Source of the DNA: an uncultured Gemmatimonadales bacterium
GTDB taxonomy: Bacteria; Gemmatimonadota; Gemmatimonadetes; Gemmatimonadales; Gemmatimonadaceae
Length of the DNA: 64,000 bases
Reading direction: 5' to 3'
NCBI GenBank assembly: GCA_963793305.1
Contig: CAWBZV010000005.1
Span: 416,001-480,000, forward strand
The position numbers and the translations under genes are program-made. The notes under the pieces are model-generated. The model ran no database searches and was not told where the DNA came from. It worked only from the letters and a program-made list of their open reading frames with translations. Positions within the stretch are counted from its first letter, which is position 1. Each line of letters starts with the position of its first letter. This document shows, piece after piece, positions 28,470 to 37,726 of the stretch.

Positions 28470-31400
28470 ATGAGACGTTAGTGGTTGGTGTACGGAGTCG
28501 CACTAGCGATGCCATGGTGTGCAACTGGAACCGCCATGGCGCAAGTGACCGGCGGTACGGTGTTGGGCCACGTCACCGATCGGTCGAGCGGTTTGTCTGT
28601 CGCAGGCGCTGTGGTGAACGTTGTCGGCACCGCGATCCGAGCGGCGACCAACGCGGACGGTACCTATCGCCTGCGCGGCGTACCCGCTGGCTCGCAGGTG
28701 CTCCGAGCGGTGCGCTTGGGCTTCGCGGCGGCGAACAGCGCTCCCGTCACCGTTGTCGAGGGTGGTACGGCGACGGTCGATCTCGTGTTGGTCCCAGCGT
28801 CGGTGACCTTGACGACGGTTCAAGTCACGGCCACCGGTCAGTCAGAGGAATCGCGTGAGATCGCGACGCTGACGCCGCAGTTTACGCCGGACTCGCTCAA
28901 CCTGGCTGCGGCACCGACCTTCGCCAGCGTGCTCGAAGGATCCGCGCCGGGCGTCCAAGTTTTTCAGCCGAGTGGGACGAGCGGAACGGGAGCCAAGATC
29001 CGCATCCAGGGATCGAGCAGCGTCTCGCTGAGCAATGAGCCGCTGCTCGTGATCGACGGCGTCGAAGCGGTCAACGAACCGAACGCAATTGCCACGAGCT
29101 TCGGCGTCGGCGGCCAGTCGACCTCGCGCATCGACGATATCAATCCGGATGACATCGCCTCCGTGCAAGTGCTCGAGGGGCCTGCCGCGACCGGGTTGTA
29201 CGGCACGGCGGCGGCGAACGGCGTGATCGTCGTCACGACCAAGCGGGGCCAGGCCGGAAAAGCCCACTGGGATGGTTTCGTCGAGAACGGCGAGCTGCAC
29301 GACGACACCAACTATCCGTTGGACTACATTCTCGTTCTCGCCAGGTGGCGGAGGGAAGCCGACGCCATCCGACTGCCCCATATACTTGACCACCACCCCG
29401 GCGGCCATGGGTGGGTGCACCATCGACAGCGTCTCCGGCTTTTCGCCACTCCGTTCGGCGACGACCCCGATCCGCGTCGGACGGCGTCAGGAGTACAATC
29501 TCTCCACCAGTGGTGGTACCGATGTCAACACGTATTACGTGAGCGGCGACTATCAGCTCGAGAACGGTACAGACCAGGCGAATCAAGTCCAGAAAACGAA
29601 TGCCCGCGCGAACTTCACCACTCGTCCGCGGTCGGATCTGTCCTTGAGCGCGAGTACGGGATACCTCGCCAGCAACACCCAATTACCCCAGAATGACAAT
29701 GACGTCCTGGGTGACCTGTCGACGGGTCTGCTGGGCAGCGGCTTGAGCGGCGCGGCCAACAACTACGGCTACTACGGCGGGGTCTATCCGGCGCTCAGCG
29801 ATCAGCTGCGCTCGTTCTCGGACATTCAGCGCTTCACGCCTTCGCTTACGGCGAACTATCAGCCCTTGTCGTGGTTGTCCGCGAACGCCACGGGTGGGTT
29901 CGACCTGGTGAATCAGGATGATCAGCAGACGGTTCAGCCGAACGTCGTACCGTTCGCCTTTCTTCCGCTCGGCTTCAGATCGCGCAACCGCTTGGAGTTC
30001 GAGAACTACACGATCAACTCGAACCTGAGCGCTACCGCGCAACTCCCGGCCGACATTGCCTCGACTACCACAATGGGTGGCAGCTGGCGTCGCAACCTGT
30101 TCACTGGCAATTACGCAGCGGGCTACGGCCTGACGGGCGGGTCGAACTCGTTGACCGCCGTGTCACAGCTGATCACGGTCAGCGAGGTGAACCAAGACAA
30201 CCGGACGATCGGCGGATTCGTTCAGCAGCAATTCAGCTGGCGCAGCAAGCTGTATCTCACCGGTGGCGTCCGCCTGGACAAAAACAGCTCCACCGGATTC
30301 GCGGCGGGAACGACCGCCTATCCGACTGGCAGTCTTGCCTACGTGCTCAGCGACGAGCCGTGGTTTCCGAAAGGCGGCGTCATCTCCGCGCTCAAGTTAC
30401 GTGCCGCGGTTGGACAATCGGGACTGCACCCGGCCTTTCTCAATGCGCTGACGTACAAGAACCCGGTCGCTGCCGTCACACCGCTCGGCAACTCGACGGC
30501 GGCGTTCACCGCCGGCAATCCGGGGAATCCGAACCTCAGGCCCGAGCGCACCACCGAGATCGAAACCGGGTTCGACTTGTCGCTGCTGCACGATCGTCTG
30601 ACGATCAACGCCACGTACTTCGACAAGCACACCCAAGACGCGCTCATTCAACAGGAGCTCGTGCCGTCACTTGGCGACACCAACTTCCGTTGGATCAACG
30701 TTGGCAAAGTGAGAAATCGCGGCGTCGAGCTCGATGCGTCTGCGACGCCGATCGATATACGCGCCGTGACCTTCACGGTCCACGGCAACTTCTCGACGCT
30801 CGAGAATCGGCTCCAAGAGCTGGGAGCGGTCAACGGGCAGCAGATTCAACCCATTCTGACCGGCTTCGGTGGCAACACGCAAGAGTTCGCGCAGGGCTTC
30901 CCCCTCGGAGGCTATTGGCAACTCCCCTACACGTACGCCGACAAGAATCACGACGGGATCATCGAGCCGAACGAGGTCACGCTGACGAGCAACACGCCCA
31001 GGTACATGGGCACGCCAACCCCGACCGAGCTTGCCTCGCTCTCGCCACAGCTCACGGTGTTCAAGGTTATTCGACTGAGCTCCCTGTTCGATTTCCAGGG
31101 CGGGCAAAAACTGTTCGATGCCACGGCGCTATACCGGGACGCGGTCATCGGCAACGGCAAGGCGGACTATGTCAAGGGAGATCTCGCGGGCGAGGCCGCT
31201 GTCATTGCCTCGCAACAGGATGGCACCTTCGCGGGATACTTCCATGACGCGACATTCTGGAAATGGCGGGAGGCGGCCATCTCGCTGCTCGTTCCAACCC
31301 AATGGGCGCACCGCATCTACGCCCGCGGCGTCACCCTCACATTTGCCGCGCGCAATCTGCGCACGTGGACGAAGTACCCGGGCCTCGACCCGGAAACGTC

Positions 31401-31491
31401 ATTCCTCGGACAGGACAACTTCATCGTCGCCGATTTTCTGACGCAGCCACCCGTCCGCTACTATACGTTCCGCGCCACTCTCAACTACTAA
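28470..31491 (+). CDS. SusC/RagA-family TonB-dependent receptor 1 (TAG at codon 4; +1 frameshift near 29328)
   Basis: Carboxypeptidase-like N-domain, PLLVIDG, INPDDI...GPAATGLYGTAAANGVIVVTTK, NPNLRPE, C-terminal aromatic residue; split across two ORFs. Confidence 0.88.
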
Positions 31492-32864
31492 TGCCCATGC
31501 GACGCCTTTCGACACACGCGCGCGCGGCCGGCGCGGCGATAGCTTTGACGCTCACCCTCATGGCCTGCGACAACCGCATTCTGCGGGTGACTGCCCCTGA
31601 TGTTGTTCTGCCATCCGCTCTATCGAGCGCGAGCGCCCTGCCGACAGTGACCGCATCCGTCTACGGTGATTTTGCGTACGCCTACGCCGGGACGTTGGCG
31701 GAAGAGGACGAAGGGATGATCGAGGACGGCGGCCTCCTCGGTGACGAGTTCCACTCGAGTGACACATTCACGACCCGCATCCAGATCGATCAGCGGGCGG
31801 TCACGAGCGATAACAGCCAAAATGAGATTGATTTTCGCCGCATCGAGCGCGCTCGAGCGACGGCGGAATTCGCGGTGGCGCAGTACGAGCATCTCGAGCC
31901 GAACGCGGCCCTCGAGGCGGAAGCTTTCAGCTTCGTGGGCTTCGCATACCTCTTGGCCGGCGAGAACTACTGCACGGGCATTCCCTTCAGCAGCGCTCTG
32001 CCGAACGGCACGATCCAATATGGCCCGCTCGAGACGACCGCTCAGGTGTTCGCCGATGCCCAGGCGCGATTCGATTCGGCCATGAGCGTACTCGCGAAGG
32101 ATACCATGAGCGCCGATGCTGCACTCATTCCGACCGAACAGAGTCTGGCGGCCATCGGCCTCGGCCGCACGCTGGTCGACGCCGGCAACTACGCGGCGGC
32201 TGCGGCGGCGGTCGCCAACGTTCCCACGGACTTCGAGTTCGATCAAGGCTATTCCTCGACCAACCCGCGAACCGGCAACGGCGTCTACGAGTACACTGCC
32301 GTTGAGGGTCGGTATTCGGTCGCCGACTTGGAAGGTGGCGTTGGGCTGCCCTATCGCTCGGCCAACGATCCGCGCGTGCTGTGGCTGGACACGCATAGCT
32401 TCGGGTTCGATCGCACGGACTCGTTGTTCCTCGAGCTCAAATACACGTCCCTGAGTTCCCCAATTCCGTTGGCGACCGGCATTGAGGCGCGCTTGATTCA
32501 AGCCGAGGCCGCGCTCGCCGCCAGCAACATGGCGGGCTACTTCTCGAACTTGAGCGCGGCGCGCTCCCAATCCTATACGGCGAACGGCGCCGGAGCCGCC
32601 GCCCCAATCACGGCCGTGCCTGCCGGCATGACGGCGCTCCAGTTCCTGTTCCAAGAACGGGGCTTCGATCTCTGGCTCACGGCGCATCGCCTCGGCGACA
32701 TGCGTCGTTTGATTCGTCAGTACGGTATGAACGTGAACGCAGTGTACCCGAACGGGCTGTATAAACCGCGCCCTGGTATCTTCGGCAATGACGTGGCGTT
32801 GCCGATTCCGATCACTGAGGAAGGAAACCCGAATTTCAAGGCCTGCGACCCGACGATACCATAG
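31491..32864 (+). CDS. SusD/RagB-like lipoprotein 1
   Basis: Lipobox LMAC; EARLIQAEA, ERGFDLWLTAHRLGDMRR, PIPITEEGNPN; TAATG coupling to SusC. Confidence 0.9.
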   Translation: MPMRRLSTHARAAGAAIALTLTLMACDNRILRVTAPDVVLPSALSSASALPTVTASVYGDFAYAYAGTLAEEDEGMIEDGGLLGDEFHSSDTFTTRIQIDQRAVTSDNSQNEIDFRRIERARATAEFAVAQYEHLEPNAALEAEAFSFVGFAYLLAGENYCTGIPFSSALPNGTIQYGPLETTAQVFADAQARFDSAMSVLAKDTMSADAALIPTEQSLAAIGLGRTLVDAGNYAAAAAAVANVPTDFEFDQGYSSTNPRTGNGVYEYTAVEGRYSVADLEGGVGLPYRSANDPRVLWLDTHSFGFDRTDSLFLELKYTSLSSPIPLATGIEARLIQAEAALAASNMAGYFSNLSAARSQSYTANGAGAAAPITAVPAGMTALQFLFQERGFDLWLTAHRLGDMRRLIRQYGMNVNAVYPNGLYKPRPGIFGNDVALPIPITEEGNPNFKACDPTIP

Positions 32865-32875
32865 CGCGGATCATC

Positions 32876-32904
32876 CGGAGGCGGCGGTACTCGCGCCGCC
32901 TCCG
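32876..32904 (+). terminator. GC-rich hairpin after SusD-1
   Basis: 11-bp stem CGGAGGCGGCG/CGCCGCCTCCG; no U-tract. Confidence 0.55.
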
Positions 32905-33071
32905 ATCGCGTTGATCAGCAGCACGGCGCCCCATATTGCTGGGTACCAGAGCACGAGACCCCTCCCCAGACCAGCGAGCCACACGGCGACGGTTGGCGTC
33001 CGACGGGCATGGTCGCGCGCGAGCCGGCTGACTCACGATTCGACACACTCGAGGAGCCAATCGTGCCATCC

Positions 33072-33788
33072 ATGATGCAACGAACGCTAGTGATCGCGAT
33101 GCTGGGGGCGGCGGCCTCGGCGGCCGCCCAAGAGCATGCGCTCACCACCACGGCGGGACTCACAGCGATTGGCGCCCACATGAAGGTCGCGACACTCGCC
33201 GGCCGGCAAGCGGTGGAGGTGACGCCGGCTACCCGCGATACCGGGCAGGTCGATGCGATGGCAATGGTCGACGGTAGCGGATTCGCCGATGGCACGATCG
33301 AGGTATGGATCACGGGTCATGTCGCGCCCGATACCCCGGATACGTCGTCGCGCGGGTTCATTGGCATCGCGTTCCGGAGCGCCACTGAGGGGAAGCAGTT
33401 CGAGAACATCTATCTGCGCATGACCAACGGTCGGGCTGAGCAGCAGCTGCGGCGGAACCACTCGGTGCAGTACGAATCGGTTCCGGAGTATCGGTGGTTT
33501 CGCCTCCGGAAGGAGACCCCAGGACAGTACGAGTCGTACGTGGACATCCAGCCTGACGTGTGGGCGAAGCTCCGGATCGTCGTCAGCGGTCGACACGCGA
33601 CGTTGTACGTGAACGACGCGCCGCAGCCGATTCTCATCGTCAACGATCTGAAGGGGCCAATGACCGGAGGCCGAGTAGCGTTGTGGGTGGGCCCCGAGAG
33701 CGTCGGCTACTTCTCGCATCTCACGATCCACTCGAGGCCGGCGAGTCCTGGTGCAGCAGGTGGAGCTGGGAGCGGGCCGCAGCGATAA
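33072..33788 (+). CDS. Secreted concanavalin/DUF1080-like protein (paralog A)
   Basis: RGFIGIAFR, IYLRMTNGR, YESYVD, LIVNDLK, ALWVG. Confidence 0.75.
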   Translation: MMQRTLVIAMLGAAASAAAQEHALTTTAGLTAIGAHMKVATLAGRQAVEVTPATRDTGQVDAMAMVDGSGFADGTIEVWITGHVAPDTPDTSSRGFIGIAFRSATEGKQFENIYLRMTNGRAEQQLRRNHSVQYESVPEYRWFRLRKETPGQYESYVDIQPDVWAKLRIVVSGRHATLYVNDAPQPILIVNDLKGPMTGGRVALWVGPESVGYFSHLTIHSRPASPGAAGGAGSGPQR

Positions 33789-35052
33789 TGTCCCGGTCGT
33801 TCGCCCACACGAGGATGGAGGCGGTGGCGCGCATCTCGGCTTCGCCGATGGTGACCGCGGTGCGCAGCTCGGTGACTGCGTGCGGCGTGTCGCCGGCGGC
33901 GGCGAGTGCTTCGCCCAAGCTCTCGTGGGCGTTGGCCGAGTGGGGGTAGTGATCGAGGTTCTCGCGGAAGAGCATCGTGGCGAGTCCGGTGTGCTTGACC
34001 TGCAGGCTGTAGGAGCCGAGCACGTCCAGCGGACCTTCGGGGAATGGCGTGGGGATTCCCAGGGACTTTGCGGCGGTGGTGTAGCGCGATTCGAGGTCGC
34101 GAGCCACTTGGTGGATTGCCGCTGAGTCCTCGGTGTGGCTATTCGTGAGTTGTAGGAATACCGAGTCAATCGGCACGACGATCGGTTCGAATGCCATGCG
34201 GAGCCCGTCGACCAGGCTTTGCATGGGTGTTACGTCGTGCTCGGTGTTGGGATAGGTGCGGCGATCGAAGCGCAGGGTTGTGTTGTGCGTGCTATCGAGC
34301 GCGGCGTGCAGTTGATCGGTAAACGTGGTGGTTGCGATATCGATCGGCCCTTGGAGGCCGCCGACCTCCAGTCCGCCGCTGGTGACGAATAGCGTCCGTT
34401 CCCGCTGCGTGTCCGCCGCGAGGTGTGCCGCTGCCTGCTTGCTGAAGGCGCCGTCGTTCCAGTAGACGGCCGGGCTCATGGCAATAACGATGCGAAACAC
34501 ATCCGGTCGGGTGACCATCGCGTGGAGCGCGATGAGGCCGCCCAACGAGTGCCCGGCCAGGATCCGGGTCGGCAGCGTGGGATAGTGTGCGTCGGCCCAC
34601 GGGAGGAGCTCGTCGGCATAGAACTGGAGGGTCTCATCGGCGCCGCCGGCTTGAGGGAACCGCTGCGCTGTAGTCCCGGTGGCGGACGGCGAGAGCTCGT
34701 GCATGCGGTTCGCGAGGAACGGGACGCCGAGGACCATGATCGGCGGTACCAGGCCGCGATCGATCAGGAACTGGATGTTGGCGAGCGCTGCGCGGAACTG
34801 GGTCTTCTCCTCGGCATCCGGAAAGACCAGAACGACGTAGCGGACGCCCGTCTTGGGGAGGCCGGACGGGAGCCAGACGGAGACATTGCGCGCGGTGTTG
34901 TACACCTTGGAAGGCACATGAACGTGAGTCACGGTCATCAGGGTCTCGTGCGGGTCCGCCGACGTGTAGCGGAGGCCGGGTTGGGCTTCGAGATGACTGG
35001 CGAGGACACACGCGCAGGCCGGGAGCCAGCATTTGCGGAGGAGTGAAGTCAT
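33721..35052 (-). CDS. Alpha/beta esterase (IroE/Fes-like) with C-terminal TPR
   Basis: GHSLGG, MSPAVYW, YPHSANAHESLGEA. Confidence 0.88.
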   Translation of the reverse strand: MTSLLRKCWLPACACVLASHLEAQPGLRYTSADPHETLMTVTHVHVPSKVYNTARNVSVWLPSGLPKTGVRYVVLVFPDAEEKTQFRAALANIQFLIDRGLVPPIMVLGVPFLANRMHELSPSATGTTAQRFPQAGGADETLQFYADELLPWADAHYPTLPTRILAGHSLGGLIALHAMVTRPDVFRIVIAMSPAVYWNDGAFSKQAAAHLAADTQRERTLFVTSGGLEVGGLQGPIDIATTTFTDQLHAALDSTHNTTLRFDRRTYPNTEHDVTPMQSLVDGLRMAFEPIVVPIDSVFLQLTNSHTEDSAAIHQVARDLESRYTTAAKSLGIPTPFPEGPLDVLGSYSLQVKHTGLATMLFRENLDHYPHSANAHESLGEALAAAGDTPHAVTELRTAVTIGEAEMRATASILVWANDRDIIAAARSQLHLLHQDSPASSGS

Positions 35053-35108
35053 GAGAGTGATCGTCAGCGGAGGTTTGCTTCAGGTGAGGTGACGGGGTGT
35101 CGTCGCGC

Positions 35109-35813
35109 TCATTCCGTGGGTTCGATGCGAAAGTTCGAGAAGTAGGCGTCCGTGCTGATGCGCGCCCAGAGGGCGATCGGTCCGTGGCTGTCGCCCAGCT
35201 TGAGATCATTGACGATGAGGCACGGCTCTCGAGCGTCGTTCACATAGAGCGCGGCGCGGGTGCCGGACACGACGATGCGGAGATGCTCCCAGGCGCCGGG
35301 CTCGAGGTCCACGTACGACTCGTACTCGCCCAGGTGTTCGCCGCGGAGGCGGTCGAACGGGTAGTCGGGCATGGACTCGTACTGCGTGGAGAGGTTCCGG
35401 TACAGTTGGTTTCGGAGGCGGGCGTTTTCGGGGCGGACGTAGATCCGTTCGAGGCTGTCGCCGTGAATGCGGAAGCTGACGCCGATCATCCCCTTGAAGC
35501 CGATCATCTCGTCTTCGGTTTTGGGGTAGCCTTCGCGTCGCGCGCCGGCCACATTGACTTCGATCACCCCGTTGTGAAAATCGGATTCCGTCAATATCGC
35601 AGAGAGGCGGACGTTGGTGTCATGCTCGTGGCCTTCGAGGGGCGCCAAGTTGAGTGCGCGCCGGCCGCGATAGTCGACCCAGCGAATGCGGGCGTTGGAG
35701 AGTTGGAGGGGGGTCGAATCGAGCGCGATGTGACCCTGTGTCGGGGTGGTCTGGGCAGACGCGGTTGCCGCGGCGAAGCAGATGGCAATGCCGTTTCGCG
35801 CGGAAGCGGGCAT
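35109..35813 (-). CDS. Secreted concanavalin/DUF1080-like protein (paralog B)
   Basis: GMIGVSFR, IYVRPENAR, YESYVDLEPG, LIVNDLK, ALW. Confidence 0.75.
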   Translation of the reverse strand: MPASARNGIAICFAAATASAQTTPTQGHIALDSTPLQLSNARIRWVDYRGRRALNLAPLEGHEHDTNVRLSAILTESDFHNGVIEVNVAGARREGYPKTEDEMIGFKGMIGVSFRIHGDSLERIYVRPENARLRNQLYRNLSTQYESMPDYPFDRLRGEHLGEYESYVDLEPGAWEHLRIVVSGTRAALYVNDAREPCLIVNDLKLGDSHGPIALWARISTDAYFSNFRIEPTE

Positions 35814-35888
35814 GGGCAAGCTGGGACTCCAGTGGTCATGCAGGCGACTGAGGCGCCGATCGAAATCTCCCGTGCCTGAGTGCGCTGT

Positions 35889-35906
35889 GTCTTGAACGAT
35901 CGCAAC
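35889..35906 (-). promoter_or_regulatory. Regulon box 5
   Basis: GTTGCGATCGTTCAAGAC. Confidence 0.75.
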
Positions 35907-35931
35907 ATGCGGTTCGAGCGGTCGAACCCGC

Positions 35932-37035
35932 TCAGAACGACTCCGCGCGGAGCTCCTCGAAGGCCCGCGGGATAGCGAAGGTGAGAAAATAGTTCTTGAA
36001 ACTCCACTGTCGGCCAAAGTCATTGCCCGCCATCTCGGCTGCGAAGCGCGAGAGGTCTACGCGTTTTTTCACAGAGTCGACTTGATTGGCGTCGACAAAT
36101 CCTGCGCGCATGGCGGCACGGACCTGGGACAGGAGCGCGTCGATCAGCGCCTTTTCGGAGCGGACGTAGTCCCAGGATGACAGCACGGGGCCATGACCGG
36201 GAACGATCACTTTGACGCCGTCCATTTGTTCGAGGCGGGCGAGCGATTCGCTCCACGCACGAAAGTGCGACAAGATGCCGTAGGGGACCGGCGCGATCAC
36301 CAGGTCGCCGGTGATAAGCGTGCCCTGTTCCGGGATGAACGCGACGACGTCCCCTATCGTATGGCCGACGTACTTCCGCAGCTGGACATGGCGATCGCCA
36401 AGGTCGAGGTCTAGGTCGCCTTCGAACGTCAGCGTCGGTTGGACCAGGCGTGTCTCTCGCCACGTTGGCCATTCCAGCGCCGCTTGGTCCAAGCCGGCCA
36501 TGTCGTGCGCGGCTTCTTCCGGCGTGTAGGGCGAGCCGTCGGGGTCCTTCCCGGTCGCTTGTTGCTGGATCACCTTCTTGCGCTGTCCGGCGACCACCTC
36601 GGGCGTGAGCGCGAGCTGTTGCGCGAGATACCATGGGTTGCGCCACACCGAGTAGTCCCGGGTCGCGCCGCTGGCGATGATCTCGACGCCAGGGAATTGC
36701 TCGGCGTACACCTGATTGCCCGCCATGTGGTCCAAGTGCCAGTGCGTGTTGACCACGTACTTGACCGGAAGAGATGTCTTCGTCCGAATCCACTTGACGT
36801 GCTCGCGCGACAAGCGCACGCTCGGGACATCCACGACCAGGACGGCCTTCGAGCCGATGATCACCGTGGTGTTGCCATCGGGAAAGAAGTCGGTCGTGTT
36901 GTTCGGCGTGAATGCGAAGATACCCGGCGCAACTTCGGTCGGCGCCTGCGCGCACAGCTGGGGCGCGGGCAGCAGCGAGCGCACCAGGAGGGTGACCGCG
37001 ATCGAGGCGCGGCGTGGCGGGGCAAGAGAGAGCAT
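35932..37035 (-). CDS. Metallo-beta-lactamase-fold hydrolase
   Basis: THWHLDH, GHT, TGD, PGHG. Confidence 0.9.
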   Translation of the reverse strand: MLSLAPPRRASIAVTLLVRSLLPAPQLCAQAPTEVAPGIFAFTPNNTTDFFPDGNTTVIIGSKAVLVVDVPSVRLSREHVKWIRTKTSLPVKYVVNTHWHLDHMAGNQVYAEQFPGVEIIASGATRDYSVWRNPWYLAQQLALTPEVVAGQRKKVIQQQATGKDPDGSPYTPEEAAHDMAGLDQAALEWPTWRETRLVQPTLTFEGDLDLDLGDRHVQLRKYVGHTIGDVVAFIPEQGTLITGDLVIAPVPYGILSHFRAWSESLARLEQMDGVKVIVPGHGPVLSSWDYVRSEKALIDALLSQVRAAMRAGFVDANQVDSVKKRVDLSRFAAEMAGNDFGRQWSFKNYFLTFAIPRAFEELRAESF

Positions 37036-37066
37036 TGGTGATGTGTACGCTCGCGGGGGCGGTGCG

Positions 37067-37084
37067 GTCTTGAACGTCCGCAAC
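37067..37084 (-). promoter_or_regulatory. Regulon box 6
   Basis: GTTGCGGACGTTCAAGAC; ATG 37035 at +32. Confidence 0.8.
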
Positions 37085-37089
37085 CTGAC

Positions 37090-37107
37090 GTTGGGTTTGT
37101 TCCAGAC
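37090..37107 (+). promoter_or_regulatory. Regulon box 7
   Basis: GTTGGGTTTGTTCCAGAC; TAGGTT at +19, ATG 37139 at +32. Confidence 0.8.
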
Positions 37108-37138
37108 GCGAGGGCGCGACCAGGCTAGGTTCGGACGA

Positions 37139-37726
37139 ATGCATCCTGTCGATTCGCTGTCCCTCCGGTCCATTGGTCGCGCGATCGGTGTCGCCGCCGC
37201 GTTGGCGCTGGCGTCCACGCGGCCCGCAGCTGCGCAGGCACCGCCGGCGACGGATACGTCGTCGCCGCCCGCCGCACCCGCCGACGTGCGCTCGCTCGAT
37301 GCGATCATGCACGCGGTATACGATGTCGTTTCTGGTCCGGCCGGTGGGCGCAACTGGCCGCGAATGTATTCGCTGTTTATCCCGGGTGGACGATTCGTAC
37401 CGACCTACCGTGACACGACTGGCGCGATCCACGTCGAGACCATGACGCCGCAGGGGTACGTGCGGTTGTACGGCGATTATTTCTTGCATCATGGCTTTTA
37501 CGAGCGAGAGATCGGCCGCGAGGTGACGGCGTTCGGGCCGATGACGCACGTGTTCAGCACCTACGAATCGAGACACGCGAGTGACGACCCGAAACCGTTC
37601 GTTCGCGGGATCAACAGCTTTCAATTGTTCAATGATGGCACGCGCTGGTACGTGGTGAATGTCTACTGGGCTGAGGAAGGCCCTCACGACTCGATCCCTC
37701 GCCGCTTTCTGGGGGAGGATAAGTGA
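37139..37726 (+). CDS. Secreted NTF2-like hypothetical protein
   Basis: DVRSLDAIMHAVYDVVSGPAG, FSTYE, RGINSFQL. Confidence 0.8.
   Translation: MHPVDSLSLRSIGRAIGVAAALALASTRPAAAQAPPATDTSSPPAAPADVRSLDAIMHAVYDVVSGPAGGRNWPRMYSLFIPGGRFVPTYRDTTGAIHVETMTPQGYVRLYGDYFLHHGFYEREIGREVTAFGPMTHVFSTYESRHASDDPKPFVRGINSFQLFNDGTRWYVVNVYWAEEGPHDSIPRRFLGEDK

Noticed and set aside
28479..28481. Amber recoding (pyrrolysine or alternative genetic code)
   Set aside because: TAG ends many genes at their expected C-termini (1770, 21017, 22334), and other apparent internal TAGs are explained by frameshifts
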